A stretch of DNA of 64,000 nucleotides, taken from contig JAGQNK010000011.1 of assembly GCA_020428105.1 (NCBI GenBank), positions 22,203 through 86,202 of the forward strand, given 5' to 3'. Source of the stretch: Candidatus Saccharimonadota bacterium (GTDB lineage: Bacteria > Patescibacteriota > Saccharimonadia > Saccharimonadales > JAGQNK01). Each line of letters begins with the position of its first letter. Positions within the stretch are counted from its first letter, which is position 1. The position numbers and the translations under genes are program-made. The notes under the pieces are model-generated. The model was not told the origin of the DNA. It saw only the letters and a program-made list of their open reading frames with translations, and did not search any database. Shown here piece after piece: positions 1-9,937 of this stretch.

Positions 1-549
1 ATTAAGGAGTCTGGCAAAGGTCTCATACTTGTCGTAAGTAAGTGGGATGCCGCAGACAAAGACGCCTACACACGTGACCACATGGCACCGCAAATTGCCG
101 CCAAATACGACTTCGTGCCTTGGGCACCACTGATTTTTACCAGCGCCGTAACAGGTCAAAACGTTGCTAAAATATTCGATCTCATCCTAGATATCGACCA
201 AAAGCGCCATACACGCATACGCACAACTGCTTTAAACAAATGGTTGCGTCAAATCATAGAAGAACACCCGCCGGCTGGACTAAAGAATCGCACTCCAAAG
301 CTAAACTACATAGTCCAAGAAGAACAAGACCCGACCAACTTCAAAGTCTACGGGGCTCACACCAAGCTACTACATTGGAGTTACAAACGCTTTATGGATC
401 GCCGTTTACGTGAAGAGTTCGGTTTTGAGGGTACGCCAGTCAAGTTCTGGTTCTTTGAAAAACACGATACACACAAACACGGTCAAAGTCCAACAAAGGA
501 AAAGAACAGAGAGCTCCGCAAACGCGGTCTAAAAAACCTTGACAAATAG
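1..549 (+). CDS. der: GTPase Der (EngA), C-terminal part; 5' end lies outside the window
   Basis: The window opens in frame 1 with ...LVVSKWDAADKD... (an NKxD-like G4 motif of the second GTPase domain), followed by the conserved C-terminal KH-like domain (PPxxK..K.YxxQ...PP.F..F motif). The ORF track covers 82..549. Confidence 0.6.
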   Translation: MKESGKGLILVVSKWDAADKDAYTRDHMAPQIAAKYDFVPWAPLIFTSAVTGQNVAKIFDLILDIDQKRHTRIRTTALNKWLRQIIEEHPPAGLKNRTPKLNYIVQEEQDPTNFKVYGAHTKLLHWSYKRFMDRRLREEFGFEGTPVKFWFFEKHDTHKHGQSPTKEKNRELRKRGLKNLDK

Positions 550-752
550 TCACGAATAGCCTATAGTGATATTTACGGAGTTAATGCAACTCTAGTCGCA
601 AGTAAGCATTCAGTGACTTTGGTGACTACCGACAATAGCATTGCCCAAGCCGAAGCGGCCAATTGAAATAGGCGCCTCCGCACAAGGGATAAGCAATCGC
701 GATACTAAGGCGAAAGTTAATCCAAAAAGTGCATTAAGGAGGTGCTTTTAAT

Positions 753-1109
753 ATGGAAAAATTACGTAAACTACCAGTACGTCAGAAAGTTGAGCTGTCA
801 TTTTACGCTGGAGTAATTGCGACTACATTGTTCAATATGGGGATCAATGTCATCAGGAGTAATTCTGAAGATCGGCGAGTCGAGGCAATCCAAGAACACA
901 ACGCTCAGATCGAACAAGAGTTGTCTCACGATTTCCCAGGCATGGGAAGGCTGGTGCTCAACGACGAAACTGATACTTTTGAGTTCCATGTCAGCAGGGA
1001 ACAATCTAGCCTAAACTGTGTCGGTGAATACGCTATCGACGAAGACGGAGAAGCTAGTGTCACAGAAAAAGTGACATGCAGTGAAACAATTGCACTAGGC
1101 AGAAATTAA
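753..1109 (+). CDS. hypothetical protein (118 aa)
   Basis: ORF with a strong RBS (AGGAGG at 737-742, 10 nt upstream of the ATG). I recognise no domain. Confidence 0.4.
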   Translation: MEKLRKLPVRQKVELSFYAGVIATTLFNMGINVIRSNSEDRRVEAIQEHNAQIEQELSHDFPGMGRLVLNDETDTFEFHVSREQSSLNCVGEYAIDEDGEASVTEKVTCSETIALGRN

Positions 1110-1140
1110 AGTAATATCGTTAAAGTACAAAGAGAGACAT

Positions 1141-1524
1141 ATGAAGAACTTTGAACAACTACCATCTAACGGCAATATGCTGCGCCGAACTACTGCAGCA
1201 CTTGCTCTATGTATATCAGCAGTTGCAGTCACTGCCTGTGGCGGCAATGCTGAACCCGAGCGAGACAATGGCGTAATCGAAACTGTAGACCAAACTAGTG
1301 TTAGCCACACCTACTTCGAGGACGGATCTAGGCTAACCGAATACAAGGATGCCGACAACTACGCCCCAATACTATCTCATTGCGACGGCAGAGACCTGGT
1401 TGACCAAACGAATTTTGCGAAAGCACCCTATAAAGGTGCCGGCAACGCCATAGACCGCGCTGTAGACCACCCAGCCTGCGCAGATGGCAGACTCACGCCA
1501 GACGATTTCATTATCCCTGGCTAG
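1141..1524 (+). CDS. putative lipoprotein (127 aa)
   Basis: N-terminal signal peptide with a lipobox-like AVAVTAC-G motif. A hairpin follows immediately. Confidence 0.45.
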   Translation: MKNFEQLPSNGNMLRRTTAALALCISAVAVTACGGNAEPERDNGVIETVDQTSVSHTYFEDGSRLTEYKDADNYAPILSHCDGRDLVDQTNFAKAPYKGAGNAIDRAVDHPACADGRLTPDDFIIPG

Positions 1525-1528
1525 ATTA

Positions 1529-1554
1529 AATAGAGCGCCGAAAGGCGCTCTATT
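1529..1554 (+). terminator. stem-loop (11-bp stem, GAAA loop) downstream of the lipoprotein gene
   Basis: AATAGAGCGCC-GAAA-GGCGCTCTATT is a perfect inverted repeat. The trailing U-tract is weak. Confidence 0.4.
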
Positions 1555-1668
1555 GCTATATCACACTTGCTAGTTTGTAGTGTTCGGGGCTATGCTATTG
1601 ACAGAATGGCCTTATTTCAGCGCAATCCACACAGCGACAGACAACACCAACCACTGTTTTCAGTTGGC

Positions 1669-2247
1669 ATGAACAAGACCATCCTAATTGTTGGCCTTGG
1701 CAACATTGGCAAAGAATACGATGCTACCAGACACAACATCGGTTTTGCATGCCTAGACACATTTGCGACCACGCACGAATTTGACCCTTGGGTAGAAAAA
1801 AAAGACTTCAAATGTCTCGTAGCGATCAAAACACTTGGTGAAACACGTGTTATTCTTTGCAAACCCACCACATTCATGAATAACAGCGGTGAAGCAGTTC
1901 AAAAGATTAGCCATTTTTATAAAATACATTCCCGGCAAGTTGTGGCAGTTCATGATGAACTCGCGATAGAATTTGGCCAGATACGCATGCGTATTGGTGG
2001 ATCAGATGCAGGAAACAATGGCATCAAATCACTTATCTCCCACATCGGCCCAGACTTTGGTCGGGTACGAATAGGCATTGATGGCGACAAACCGGCACAA
2101 ATCGATAGCGCAGACTATGTGCTAGCAAAATTCAGCAAGCAAGAGCAAGAAGACATACCAGCCCTAACACGTGAAGTCACAAGCATCCTAACCGAATACG
2201 TATTCTCTGGACAGCTACCTCATGACACCCGTAGCTTCTTGGTTTAG
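1669..2247 (+). CDS. pth: peptidyl-tRNA hydrolase
   Basis: LIVGLGNIGKEYDATRHNIGF is the Pth signature. I prefer the internal ATG at 1669 (MNKTILIVGLGN) over the ORF-track start at 1567. Confidence 0.9.
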   Translation: MNKTILIVGLGNIGKEYDATRHNIGFACLDTFATTHEFDPWVEKKDFKCLVAIKTLGETRVILCKPTTFMNNSGEAVQKISHFYKIHSRQVVAVHDELAIEFGQIRMRIGGSDAGNNGIKSLISHIGPDFGRVRIGIDGDKPAQIDSADYVLAKFSKQEQEDIPALTREVTSILTEYVFSGQLPHDTRSFLV

Positions 2248-2262
2248 CGAATCACAGTAATT

Positions 2263-2487
2263 TTATTCAATTGGTATGCCAGTGTACGCATCCTCTCCTG
2301 AAAGCTCTTCTGGCAATCCTGACATACTTCGACGTTCTGCTGCTCTTCTATCCATATCCTGAGCTATCCTGGCAGTCCAATCCTCGAGATCGCTAGCAAA
2401 TTCGTCAGATTCATATAAATCTACTGGCTCGCCATGTCCAGGTCTTGAAATTGGAAATCTTTCTTGTTCTGATGTGTGTCCATACAT
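2263..2487 (-). CDS. small acidic hypothetical protein (74 aa), uncertain
   Basis: ORF only. No RBS and no recognisable domain. Confidence 0.2.
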   Translation of the reverse strand: MYGHTSEQERFPISRPGHGEPVDLYESDEFASDLEDWTARIAQDMDRRAAERRSMSGLPEELSGEDAYTGIPIE

Positions 2488-2977
2488 ATTTTTAATATAA
2501 CATGGCCCATGTTTAGACGCATAAAAAGGCGATACCTTTTGTAATAAAAAACGGCCTCCGAGAGGGGGTGGGCACCGCTCGAAGACCGTTTTTTAGGAGC
2601 TAATGCAAGCATTCGCTCCAATACCCTTCAACCCACCCGAGTGTAAGCGTCGATGTCCAAAACTCCATAAAGACCCGCGCCGTTCTGACATACAGAACAT
2701 ACCTGAAGTACTCACTTTGAACCGGGACCAACCCAAGCAAAGCCGGGAAGGGCTAGTTAAAGGGGTTAGTTTGTTTTAGAACGTTGCTTCCTTATTAGGT
2801 AAAGCACCGCTAAAATAAGTGGAGGGTAACAACTTAATCAGCCGTTCTAAAACAATCTAACAATAATTTCCCGAAGGAAACTGTTAGAATAGGGGTATAA
2901 GGTGCGTAATTCCTCTTATGCGAGGATTACAGATTGCTATTTTAGCAAATATATTATAATTGTCAATACCTTTTTGT

Positions 2978-3835
2978 ATGAATGTCAATAAAGTTACCAT
3001 AAACTCTAGTGCTTATCCTAATATCCTGTTGGATATTCCAGATGCACCAAAGGAGTTATTTATACTTGGCAATCTATCTGCTTTACTTGAAACACCGCGT
3101 CTTGCAGTAGTTGGTAGTCGCAAAGTTACGCCATACGGTCGAGGAGTAACAGATGATCTAGTCAGAACAGTTACGAGGAGTGGGGTCACAATTGTAAGCG
3201 GCCTAGCCTTGGGGGTGGATTCTATTGCTCACAAAGCCACACTAGACGCCGGTGGCAAGACAATAGCCGTCTTGCCATGTGGGCTAGATAAGCCATACCC
3301 TGCAAGCCACAGACAACTCGCTAGACGTATCTTGGAGCAGGGTGGTGCCCTGGTGAGTGAATACCCTTCTGGGACACCGCCGTTACCTCATCACTTCATT
3401 GCCAGAAACCGCATTGTATCTGGTCTAAGCGATGCCGTACTCATTACCGAAGCCGCAGCCAAAAGTGGAACCATGCACACAGTAGGCTTTGCCCTAGATC
3501 AAGGCAAATCAGTCTTAGCGGTTCCGGGCAACATCACCAGTACTCAATCGGAAGGCACAAACAACCTCATCAAAACAGGAGCCGCACCAATTACTTCTGC
3601 CCAAGACATATTCGATGTACTGGGCGTAGGCGAACAACTCCAACTAGGTGAAATACTTGCAGCCAACGAACAAGAAGAAGCGATCCTATCACTTCTACAG
3701 AAAGGCATCACCGACGGCAACCAGCTTCAGACAAAAAGCCAGCTAGATGTAGTCACCTTTAACCAAACGCTCACAATGCTAGAAATAACCGGCAAAATTC
3801 GCTCCACCGGTGGCGGCCACTGGGCCACAAAATAA
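2978..3835 (+). CDS. dprA: DNA processing protein DprA (Smf)
   Basis: VVGSRKVTPYGRGV...IVSGLALGVDSIAHKATL...TIAVLPCGLD is the DprA Rossmann core. There is an ATG at 2978 (MNVNKV) and a TATAAT at 2954-2959. It lies directly upstream of topA, the conserved dprA-topA pairing. Confidence 0.85.
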   Translation: MNVNKVTINSSAYPNILLDIPDAPKELFILGNLSALLETPRLAVVGSRKVTPYGRGVTDDLVRTVTRSGVTIVSGLALGVDSIAHKATLDAGGKTIAVLPCGLDKPYPASHRQLARRILEQGGALVSEYPSGTPPLPHHFIARNRIVSGLSDAVLITEAAAKSGTMHTVGFALDQGKSVLAVPGNITSTQSEGTNNLIKTGAAPITSAQDIFDVLGVGEQLQLGEILAANEQEEAILSLLQKGITDGNQLQTKSQLDVVTFNQTLTMLEITGKIRSTGGGHWATK

Positions 3836-3923
3836 GCACAGACCATAAACAGGATTTATTAACAGCATAGAATCAACGATATGTGTATTGCTTTTTATAT
3901 GTTTTTGTTGTAGAATATTGTTT

Positions 3924-4397
3924 ATGAGTTTACCGATATTTGACGAAACGCCAGAGATGCTTGATGTACCAGAGCAATGCAAAAATTGCCCTGCACTAAG
4001 TGCTATTAGCGCTGATTTCTTGGAAGCTCAGAAATTCCAAGCAATGGCCAATGCTCTCGGTACTGCGACACTAGAGGGTATGCCTGGTGAGATACGAGAA
4101 GCATTCTCTACACATCTAAGACAAGATCACTACCACAGCCCTGAAGAGTCAGAAGGAATAATTAACGATCTAGAAATAAATAACCGTACGTTTGCTGCTC
4201 ATTTATTAGACATAGCAGAAATAAGCAACAGCGACATCATCGACGAAGCAGATAAAGTAACCGCCCTGTGCCAGGATGGACCGCTAACAATGCGTGCTGT
4301 ACGCAACGGAGCAGCATACACTGTTCGAATATGCACATCACTTGCGTCTAGTCCTTATTGCGCCAGGACAGATATTACTAGAACTGCAAAATCATAG
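3924..4397 (+). CDS. hypothetical protein
   Basis: ORF between dprA and topA. The ATG at 3924 (MSLPIFDE) is preferred over the TTG-rich N-terminal extension. No domain recognised. Confidence 0.35.
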   Translation: MSLPIFDETPEMLDVPEQCKNCPALSAISADFLEAQKFQAMANALGTATLEGMPGEIREAFSTHLRQDHYHSPEESEGIINDLEINNRTFAAHLLDIAEISNSDIIDEADKVTALCQDGPLTMRAVRNGAAYTVRICTSLASSPYCARTDITRTAKS

Positions 4398-4491
4398 TCA
4401 CTGTCGTTCAACGAGCACTTGCAATTTGAGGCTAAAACGTAGTAGTGTTATTGGCTGTGGCTGATTTTACCAGTACACTAATACAATACTT

Positions 4492-6804
4492 ATGACAAAA
4501 AACCTCGTTATCGTAGAAAGCCCGGCAAAAGCCAAGACTATCGAGAAATACCTCGGCAGTGATTTTAAAGTACTGTCTTCTGTTGGTCACATTCGCTCAA
4601 TCGCCAAAAAATCCAAAGACGGTGGCAATGCCGTAGACGTAAACAATAACTTCGAAACAACTTACGAAGTTGATACCGACAAAAAGAAAATAATTACCGA
4701 GCTGAAGAAAGCAGTCAAGTCTAGCAACGAAGTATGGCTAGCAACTGATGAAGACCGCGAAGGAGAGGCTATTGCCTGGCATTTGTGCGAGGTACTAAAG
4801 CTCGACCCGACCAAAACTAAACGCATTGTCTTCCATGAAATTACCAAAGACGCTATCACTGAGGCTATCAAAAACCCACGTGTTGTGGATATGAACCTTG
4901 TCCGCGCACAACAAGCAAGACAAATCCTCGACCGAATTGTAGGCTTTGACCTATCAGACGTAGTACGCAAAAAGGTACCGGGTGGCATCAGTGCAGGAAG
5001 GGTTCAATCACCTGGTGTTCGCCTACTGGTCGAAAGAGAGCGTGAAATTGACGCCTTCGAAAGCTCTTACAAATTCCGTGTCACCGCAGAATTTGAAGCT
5101 CACGGTGAAATATTCCGAGCAGAAATACCCAATAGATTCAATACCGAAGAAGAAGCCAAACAATTTCTGGAAGGACTGGGTCAAGCAACCTTCACCATTA
5201 CAGACATCACGAAGAGTCCGTCGACTCGCAACCCCGCTGCACCGTTCACGACCAGCACATTACAGCAAGATGCCAACAGCAAGCTTGGCTTTAGCTCAAA
5301 GGCGACTATGGCGGCGGCCCAAAAACTATACCAAGACGGTAAAATTACCTACATGAGAACCGATTCTGTCAATCTTAGCGGACAAGCACTTTCCCAGATG
5401 ACAGAATACATCAAGTCCACCTACGGCAATGAGTATCACCAAGTCCGCAAGTTCAAAACCAAAAACTCTAGTGCCCAAGAAGCTCATGAGGCGATCCGTC
5501 CTACAAATGTCAGCCTAGAAAAAGCCAGCAGCGATGAATACAACCAAAAACTATACGACCTGATAAGACGCCGAACACTCGCCAGCCAAATGGCGCCGGC
5601 CAAGCTAGAAAAAACTACCGTCACCATTACAATATCCACCAGCCAAGAAATATTCGAGGCCAAGGGCGAAATAATTATCTTTGATGGCTTTCTGAAAGTC
5701 TACGGTGGTGGCAAAAAAGAAGCCGACCTATTGCCGGCCGTAGCGGTCAACGAAACACTACGCCTGCAATCAGCTCAAGCAAAACAAATGTTCACCAAAC
5801 CACCCGCCCGCTACACCGAAGGTAGTCTGGTCAAAAAGCTTGAAGAACTTGGCATCGGTCGCCCATCAACCTACGCCACAATTATCAATACCGTACAAGT
5901 GCGTGGCTATGCAGTAAAAGGCGACTCCGAGGGGACACCTAGAGACATCATCACCCTAAATCTAACAAATAAGACAGTTAACCGCGAGATTATTCAGGAA
6001 AAGACCGGCTCGGACAAAGGTAAACTCGTACCAACCGCTAGTGGGCAAGTTATGAGCGATTTTCTTGGCAATCATTTTAACCCAATTATCGATTATGGCT
6101 TTACCGCCAATGTAGAAGAAGAATTCGATGACATCGCCGAAGGTAAACTGGACCGAAATAAAATGCTCCATGAGTTCTATACACCATTTCAGGCGCTAAT
6201 CGAAAAATCTGGTGGAATCGATCGTAGCACCGTTGCTCAAGCCAGAGAAGTCGGAACCGACCCAAAAACAGGAAAGACAATTTATGCTCGTTTTGGACGT
6301 TTTGGACCTATGCTACAACTTGGAGACATCGAAGACAAAGAAAACAAACCTCAATTTGCCCCAATGCCTAGAGGAGCAAAGATCGAAACAGTCACTATCG
6401 AGCAAGCGCTGCACGCTTTTCAGCTTCCACGAGTTGTTGGACAAACAGATGATAACCAGGAAATCAAAGCCAACATTGGTCGTTTTGGGCCATACATACA
6501 GGTAGGAAAGCTATTTGTATCCATCAAGCCACTAGATCCCCACACAATTACCCTAGAAGAAGCAAAGGATCTATACGCTGCCAAACTCCAAGCAGAAGCT
6601 GAAAAAAATATCGCTGACTTCGGCGACGGCATCAAGGTACTTAAGGGACGATACGGACCATACATAACCGATGGTAAAAAGAACGCCAAAATCCCCAAAG
6701 ACGCTGAACCAACATCTATCACCCACGACCAGGCCAAAGAATTACTAAACAAAGCACCAGCGCCCAAAAAGCGCTTCACTAAACGTAAGACAACCAAAAA
6801 GTAG
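4492..6804 (+). CDS. topA: DNA topoisomerase I
   Basis: MTKNLVIVESPAKAKTIEKYLG is the Toprim N-terminus. The length (770 aa) and overall match fit bacterial TopA. Confidence 0.95.
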   Translation: MTKNLVIVESPAKAKTIEKYLGSDFKVLSSVGHIRSIAKKSKDGGNAVDVNNNFETTYEVDTDKKKIITELKKAVKSSNEVWLATDEDREGEAIAWHLCEVLKLDPTKTKRIVFHEITKDAITEAIKNPRVVDMNLVRAQQARQILDRIVGFDLSDVVRKKVPGGISAGRVQSPGVRLLVEREREIDAFESSYKFRVTAEFEAHGEIFRAEIPNRFNTEEEAKQFLEGLGQATFTITDITKSPSTRNPAAPFTTSTLQQDANSKLGFSSKATMAAAQKLYQDGKITYMRTDSVNLSGQALSQMTEYIKSTYGNEYHQVRKFKTKNSSAQEAHEAIRPTNVSLEKASSDEYNQKLYDLIRRRTLASQMAPAKLEKTTVTITISTSQEIFEAKGEIIIFDGFLKVYGGGKKEADLLPAVAVNETLRLQSAQAKQMFTKPPARYTEGSLVKKLEELGIGRPSTYATIINTVQVRGYAVKGDSEGTPRDIITLNLTNKTVNREIIQEKTGSDKGKLVPTASGQVMSDFLGNHFNPIIDYGFTANVEEEFDDIAEGKLDRNKMLHEFYTPFQALIEKSGGIDRSTVAQAREVGTDPKTGKTIYARFGRFGPMLQLGDIEDKENKPQFAPMPRGAKIETVTIEQALHAFQLPRVVGQTDDNQEIKANIGRFGPYIQVGKLFVSIKPLDPHTITLEEAKDLYAAKLQAEAEKNIADFGDGIKVLKGRYGPYITDGKKNAKIPKDAEPTSITHDQAKELLNKAPAPKKRFTKRKTTKK

Positions 6805-6809
6805 TAACG

Positions 6810-7367
6810 ATGTCTATTAACCCTACAGAGTCAGACCCTTCACTTCGGCACATTGCAATGGATGTTCCTCGAGAAGCGCTACCAGAAGTACTTGCAGTAC
6901 TTGGATCAGTAGCCTTCAAATACGACATAGTCATGCATACAACCGGATCCGATGCCGAAACTCCTTCTATAGCCATAGAGAGCCCGGAAAGGCAGTTCAA
7001 TCCCAGGGTCGTGGAATGGTTTAGTGACGAGCACACTAATGAACTTGTGCCGGTAATTACAAAAGATAATTTAGAGAACCTAGAAACCCGCGATACTCGC
7101 GGTCTTGCGGAACGATCTTTTAACGCAATCCGTCGAGCGACATCAAAAGCACCAATAATACATGACCTGCGCAGCTTTACATTCCGCCTAGATGGCGAAA
7201 TGATAGGGTTTTGTGCGGAGCATTTTCCGGAAATGGTAGCTTATCTAAATAGACCGTATGGATGTCCAAAGAATTTTGGAGAAAAAAGTCTATTGTTCTT
7301 TTATCTTGTACAGGAAAACCTATTTCTGCCGACCGAGCCACCCCAAACCGAAAAGGTTGTAAAATAG
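6810..7367 (+). CDS. hypothetical protein (185 aa)
   Basis: ORF starting 6 nt after topA. No domain recognised. Confidence 0.35.
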   Translation: MSINPTESDPSLRHIAMDVPREALPEVLAVLGSVAFKYDIVMHTTGSDAETPSIAIESPERQFNPRVVEWFSDEHTNELVPVITKDNLENLETRDTRGLAERSFNAIRRATSKAPIIHDLRSFTFRLDGEMIGFCAEHFPEMVAYLNRPYGCPKNFGEKSLLFFYLVQENLFLPTEPPQTEKVVK

Positions 7368-7538
7368 TACTATTTTTCCACAATTTTACAGATAAGCAAC
7401 ATATCTTGTCGTAGCTTTCTATGTCATACTTTAGGCACTAGCGTCTATTTAGTGCTACAATATATACACAAGCTTGTTAGCAAGGAGGGATCTATCAATC
7501 CCAAAAAACTGCAAGTTTAGCTCATACATACATAGTTG

Positions 7539-7570
7539 TTGACTTTTTGTAAAAGTTGTTTTACTATAAA
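7539..7570 (+). promoter_or_regulatory. putative sigma70-type promoter (TTGACT - 18 nt - TACTATAAA)
   Basis: -35 TTGACT at 7539-7544 and a -10-like TACTAT/TATAAA at 7563-7570, about 45 nt upstream of the ATG at 7613. Confidence 0.3.
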
Positions 7571-7612
7571 ATTAATCATCTTAGTATTTATTACATAACA
7601 AGGAGCAGGGAA

Positions 7613-8650
7613 ATGACCGAGGCAAGCACAAGCCAACTCCAGATTGAAACTATTATCAACGACATACTTGGTACTATAGACCGAGAAAGAGAGCGTGAGA
7701 TAATCGCGCGAAGATACGGTTTGTTTGATCGCAAAGAGACGCTCGAACAAATCGGGGAACTACTTGGTATAACTCGCGAGCGAGTGCGTCAGCTAGAAAA
7801 AGCCGTTATGGCCAAACTAAAAGCCATGGCCGACTCTGGGCAATTACCACACATACAAGAAGTCCAAAAAGTATTGGTAAGCGAAATTCAGGAAATGGGT
7901 AAGGCAGCTCGTATATCTGACCTCGGCGCTCGTCTAACAACAGCTAATTCAAGAATTGACCAATCTCGTATTTCGTTCTTAGCCGCACTTAGCCCAGAGA
8001 TTGCAGTCGTTGATGAAAATGATCATTTTCATCATTCCGTGGGTATAGCTGCAGAACACGACGAAAAAACCATTAAAGACCTAGCCGCAAAAGCTATTGA
8101 AGCAGTTAAGAATATTGGTGAACCAGCCACAATCGACAAGATTGCATCCTTGATTAAACTAGAAAATCCTGACCACACGGCTGCGCTGGCCAGCACCTCA
8201 AAACACCTTGCTACACTTAACGGCAAGTGGGGTCTCGTAAAGTGGCCTACCGTCAACCCCAAGAATATTCGTGACAAAATTTATGTCATACTTCAAGATG
8301 CCGGCAAACACATGCACTTCAATGAAATCGCCGAAGCAATCAAGCAAAGTGACTTTAAGCGCAAAGATGTTACCACACAGGCTATCCACAATGAACTAAT
8401 CAAAGATAAGCGTTTCGTTCTAATTGGCCGCGGTATATATGCTCTAAAGGAATGGGGATATCAGAAGGGAACAGTTGCCGACATTATTACCGACGTTCTA
8501 AAAAAGGCTAATGAGCCACTACACAGAGACGAAATAGTCAAACAAGTCCTCAAAAGCCGTCACGTCAAAGAAACAACTATACTCCTCAACCTCCAGGGCA
8601 AGCCACAGTTCAAGCGTGTTGCTAAAGCCACCTACGCTCTTGCGGAATAG
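7613..8650 (+). CDS. sigma-70 region-4-like HTH fused to HARE-HTH-like repeats; putative transcription factor
   Basis: ATG at 7613 with an AGGAG RBS. The N-terminus ETLEQIGELLGITRERVRQLEKAVMAKLKAM is a classic sigma region 4.2 HTH. The C-terminal half carries about three winged-helix repeats ending in GRGIYALKEWGY-type motifs, as in HARE-HTH (RNAP delta N-terminal domain). Confidence 0.55.
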   Translation: MTEASTSQLQIETIINDILGTIDREREREIIARRYGLFDRKETLEQIGELLGITRERVRQLEKAVMAKLKAMADSGQLPHIQEVQKVLVSEIQEMGKAARISDLGARLTTANSRIDQSRISFLAALSPEIAVVDENDHFHHSVGIAAEHDEKTIKDLAAKAIEAVKNIGEPATIDKIASLIKLENPDHTAALASTSKHLATLNGKWGLVKWPTVNPKNIRDKIYVILQDAGKHMHFNEIAEAIKQSDFKRKDVTTQAIHNELIKDKRFVLIGRGIYALKEWGYQKGTVADIITDVLKKANEPLHRDEIVKQVLKSRHVKETTILLNLQGKPQFKRVAKATYALAE

Positions 8651-8669
8651 TTCTATATAATAACAGGCA

Positions 8670-9284
8670 ATGTTTAGACAATATAGCAACACACTATGCC
8701 ATGACGGTGTGGAACTACCAATATACCCGCTAGAAGAAGTCAAGACCTGTAAACTGGACTATATCAGGGCAGCGCACTCTGGACTTACGAGTTTCGTGCG
8801 AACCGTTCGGACAAGTGGCCCCGACGAGACCTTGCGTCAAAGGTTAAACCGAGCTCACTGGTATTTTGGCAAAGTTGCAACCTTTTGTAACGTTAAAATC
8901 GTCCCTCACAGATGGGGCGTGTGTGAAGCAAATCCAGCAATCCCAATAGATCAACGGCTTTATGAAAACATTCTACCCAAAGGCTTTGTACTAGCGGCAC
9001 AGGTAGCAATTATACGTCCAAAAGATGATATTCCGTTGACTAGTCTAGAATCGTTTAACGAAGGTGTTGTGCAGTATCAGCAGAATATCCTCGAGGAGCA
9101 AGAAAATGCCTTTAGAGATATCACCGTTGGGCAATTAGTCTACGGTACGCCAAACTCGGTACACGCACCGCAGAAACCGGAGACCTGGTTTGTAGACATA
9201 GAACCTCTATTGGGGCAACAAATATTAAGTGCGCAGGGAGCAGATCCTAGATCACGAGGCAATAGTCCTCAAATAATTGGCTGA
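8670..9284 (+). CDS. hypothetical protein (204 aa)
   Basis: ORF only. Confidence 0.35.
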   Translation: MFRQYSNTLCHDGVELPIYPLEEVKTCKLDYIRAAHSGLTSFVRTVRTSGPDETLRQRLNRAHWYFGKVATFCNVKIVPHRWGVCEANPAIPIDQRLYENILPKGFVLAAQVAIIRPKDDIPLTSLESFNEGVVQYQQNILEEQENAFRDITVGQLVYGTPNSVHAPQKPETWFVDIEPLLGQQILSAQGADPRSRGNSPQIIG

Positions 9285-9937
9285 TAAAAAGAACGTTTTA
9301 CGAACAAAGTCAATGAACATCAAATCGTGAGAATATTTTATAAAAAGCAAGAATCTAACTAAGCAGCTTACATGATCAGGCAAGCCAAAGGGCAGGATGC
9401 ATATGTCAAAGAAAAATATATATAGTTAGCGCAGTAGATAACAATGATAATAATAGAAAAGCAAAGCCAAAAAAAGAAATATATACTCGATGTCGCACAA
9501 TGTATATTTTGCGACACGATACTTCTTTTGTCCTGTGATTGAGAATACGTTGTATACAGGGGAGAGTATGCATGTTTGCGTAAAATTGTCATACAATTAA
9601 ATCTCTACCCAATGATATCCTATGAAAAATATGAGCAAACACATCTATCTCCTAGGTCCTACATTCCATGCTTAGTATTGTTCACAGGATCTTATTGCCC
9701 AAAAGCTTTCCACAGTCCAGGCGTTTGACTTTTCCACAGCATTCTGTGAAAATATTTGCTTTTTTGTTATTTTGTTTGTTTTATATAGTATTCCCCTTGC
9801 CCTCTCCCTAGTAGCGAAATATTTGACTTTCGCATTGTTTTGTATGCTTGTATAGTTTTTTGGGGAAATCTACATATTTGTTAAGGTGAACATTTTCCGA
9901 ACATCCAGGGAAGAGTGGACTAGGGAGCTAATATACC

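Noticed and set aside
2488-2959. Specific assignment of the structured region as RNase P RNA, SRP RNA or tmRNA
   Set aside because: I could not find the P4 strands with the bulged U (AGGAAAGUCCGGGCUCC / ACAGAANCCGGCUUA), the SRP domain IV motif, or a tRNA-like T-arm, so only the generic structured-RNA call is kept.
4662-5356. ORFs 4662-4988 (-) and 4982-5356 (+) inside topA
   Set aside because: They are embedded in or antisense to the clearly coding topA frame and have no independent signals.
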